DNA of 63,974 bases, counting the filler, from Octopus bimaculoides (Eukaryota): the NCBI RefSeq assembly GCF_001194135.2. It is 5 parts of 5 records of this genome, joined end to end, with 100 filler letters (N's around TTAATTAATTAA, not from the genome) between each part and the next. Parts side by side here need not be neighbours in the genome. Positions count along the whole stretch, not along the records: positions 51,886 to 62,817 come from NC_068992.1; positions 62,918 to 63,974 come from NC_068983.1; 3 more parts are not named here. One strand, 5' to 3'. How positions within the stretch are numbered: position 1 is the first letter of the stretch; every line of letters begins with the position of its first letter. The notes beneath the pieces were generated by a model. The model saw only the letters and a program-made list of their open reading frames with translations. It was not told where the DNA came from and made no database searches. A program made the position numbers and the translations under genes. Positions 61,878 to 63,974 of the stretch are shown one piece after another.

Positions 61878-61916
61878 AATATAACCGGTTTCGATGTTTC
61901 CATCTTATCAAATATT
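61878..61916 (-). ncRNA. 39-nt minimal type I hammerhead with U3-A8 core (HHR-H)
   Basis: Minus strand AAUAU UUGAUAA GAUG GAAA CAUC GAAA CCGG UU AUAUU. Stem I 5/5, stem II 4/4 with GAAA tetraloop, palindromic ACCGGU, GUU triplet. Confidence 0.7.
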
Positions 61917-61924
61917 AAAATGAA

Positions 61925-62182
61925 TTGTTGTTGTTCTTGCTCTTGTTGTTGTTGTTGTTCTTCTTCTTCTTCTTCTTCTTCTTGATGTTGTTGGTCGTCT
62001 TCTTTTTCTTGTTGTTGTAGTTGTTGTTGTATTTCTTCTTAGTCTTGTTGTTGCTGTTATTGTTGTTGTTGTTGTTGTTGTTGTTGTTCTTCTTCTTCTT
62101 CTTCTTCTTCTTCTTCTTCTTCTTCTTCTTCTTCTTCTTCTTCTTCTTCTTCTTCTTCTTCTTCTTCTTCTTCTTCTTCTTC
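61925..62182. repeat. (GTT)n and (CTT)n trinucleotide microsatellites
   Basis: Read directly. Source of the poly-R/T/F/L ORFs. Confidence 0.95.
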
Positions 62183-62454
62183 TACCGAGTGCCAGACTGC
62201 CTGATGATCTCTCGTCATTTCTAAACCATTTCCTATGTGTTATTCTAATCAACAAGGCTGGTTCAGTAATGTGCAGCTCTCTTTCGCCATTTGTAATTAG
62301 AGTGACCATATTAACTAAATTTTAACTCATTTTTAATTCCATAAACAGTTTATCAATTTCTTCAGCAACTGAAACTTCCTGCCGTTCACTTCCTGTTGAA
62401 GTGGCGATACAAATTATGTCTGGACTAAAAGTTCCTTTCCTGTTTCACTATCTC

Positions 62455-62714
62455 TTACCTGTTTTAGTCATTAGACAGCGGCCACACTGGAGCATCACCT
62501 AGAAGAATTTTGTAAGACGAATGTCTCGAACTTAAACTGATTTTTCTTTAAAGCTTGGCACTTATTTTATCGGACACTTGTGTCGAACCGCTAAGGTACG
62601 GGGACATAAACACATCAAAACCAACTATCAAGCGGTGGTGGGAGAAACACAGACACAAATTCACACACACACACACACAGCGGTATACATATACATGTAT
62701 ATACAGATGTAAAT

Positions 62715-62746
<32 letters not shown>

Positions 62747-62817
62747 GGCTTCTTTCAGTTTCCGTCTACCAAATTTACTCACAAGGCTTCGGTCGGCTCG
62801 AGGCTATAGTAGAAGAT
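62455..62817 (-). mobile_element. CORE-SINE with internal microsatellite, cut by the spacer
   Basis: GTCATTAGACAGCGGCCACACTGGAGCA ... GAACCGCTAAGGTACGGGGACATAAACAC ... CTTCTTTCAGTTTCCGTCTACCAAAT..ACTCACAAGGC...GAGGCTATAGTAGAAGA. Confidence 0.85.
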
Positions 62818-62917
62818 NNNNNNNNNNNNNNNNNNNNNNNNNNNNNNNNNNNNNNNNNNNNTTAATTAATTAANNNNNNNNNNNNNNNNNNNNNNNNNNN
62901 NNNNNNNNNNNNNNNNN
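62818..62917. other. Artificial scaffold-joining spacer
   Basis: 44N + TTAATTAATTAA (62862-62873) + 44N. Confidence 0.95.
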
Positions 62918-62960
<43 letters not shown>

Positions 62961-63264
62961 TATATATATTTATATATATATATACACACATATAGAGAGA
63001 GGCAGATAGACACATGAGTACATGCATATACGCACCTCTCTAAGGCCACAGATGCAGTTGTATGCATGTGTTTGTGATGTGTGCGTGTGTGTGTGTATAT
63101 TTTGTGTGTATGCTTATGTGCGCGTAAATGTGTGTGTGTGTGTAAATGTGTGCTTATGTGCGCGTAAATGTGTGTGTGTGTGTGTGTGTGTGTGTCAGAC
63201 AGACAGACAGACAGATAGATGGTATAGAGAGAGAGAGAGACAAATAGCTAGCTAGCTAGCTAGC

Positions 63265-63333
<69 letters not shown>

Positions 63334-63756
63334 TTTTATCTTGAGAGATAAATAAACTGGTAGATAGGTAGAGATGGATAAATATATATATAAACATATA
63401 TATGTGAGTGTGTGTGTTTAATATACTCAGTTACACATGCACACACACATACAAGTACACACACACACACACATACAAGTACACACACACACACTCAGAT
63501 GTACACACACACAGAAACATGTCTATATTGCATATCTTTGTTGCTATGTATACTTTTATACGCGTACATATAAATACATATATTTATATCTATATATGTG
63601 TATATATAGATATATATATACATATGTGTGTGTGTGTGTGTGTACATAAATATATAGGTACATTTATATTCGTACATATGTATAATTATATACACACATA
63701 CATATATAATCGTTCATACATACATATATGTGTACACACACATACACACACGCACG

Positions 63757-63793
<37 letters not shown>

Positions 63794-63974
63794 CCACCTC
63801 TGTATACGTGATTGCATTCCAGTTTGCACATTAATGATTAACTTCCCATATATACGTTTACATATGTGTGCAAGAGAGCGACATGTCACGAGGGAGTGAG
63901 AGAGGGGGGAAAGTAAGAGGAAGTGAGAGAGAAGCATTAGTAAGAACATTACAGAGAGAGAGAGAGAGAGAGAG
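62918..63974. repeat. Microsatellite-dominated segment: (CA)n, (GACA)n, (TAGC)n, (GATA)n, (GA)n
   Basis: Read directly. Confidence 0.9.

Overview
This is eukaryotic, repeat-dominated genomic DNA. The SINE and LINE families and the extreme (TA)n/(CA)n load point to an octopus-type (coleoid cephalopod) genome; that is inferred from repeat recognition, not from a database search. The window is not one contiguous locus: four identical 100-nt spacers (44 N + TTAATTAATTAA + 44 N) join five separate pieces (1-15591, 15692-33042, 33143-51785, 51886-62817, 62918-63974), and there are many further N gaps. I found no intact host protein-coding gene, rRNA or true tRNA gene. Most ORF-track entries are microsatellite or gap artefacts. 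The recognisable coding remnants are all transposon pseudogenes: two kinds of Penelope-like element (PLE; a YIDD type and a YRDD/WFNPP type, with RT and GIY-YIG pieces), R4/Dong, Hero-like, RTE and CR1-type LINEs, two mariner deletion derivatives and a Chapaev-like transposase. At least four tRNA-derived SINE families are also present. The main hidden signal is a set of eight minimal type-I hammerhead ribozyme motifs on both strands, several in recognisable PLE terminal repeats. Seven have a self-complementary stem III or a decayed version of one; the eighth is split by a SINE insertion. They include unusual cores: a U3-A8 double change at the C3-G8 pair, A6U shared by two copies, and U4C. PLE-associated dimeric hammerheads are a known class, so any novelty lies in these variants and in the family-specific palindromes. 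All ribozyme calls are hand-folded and untested.
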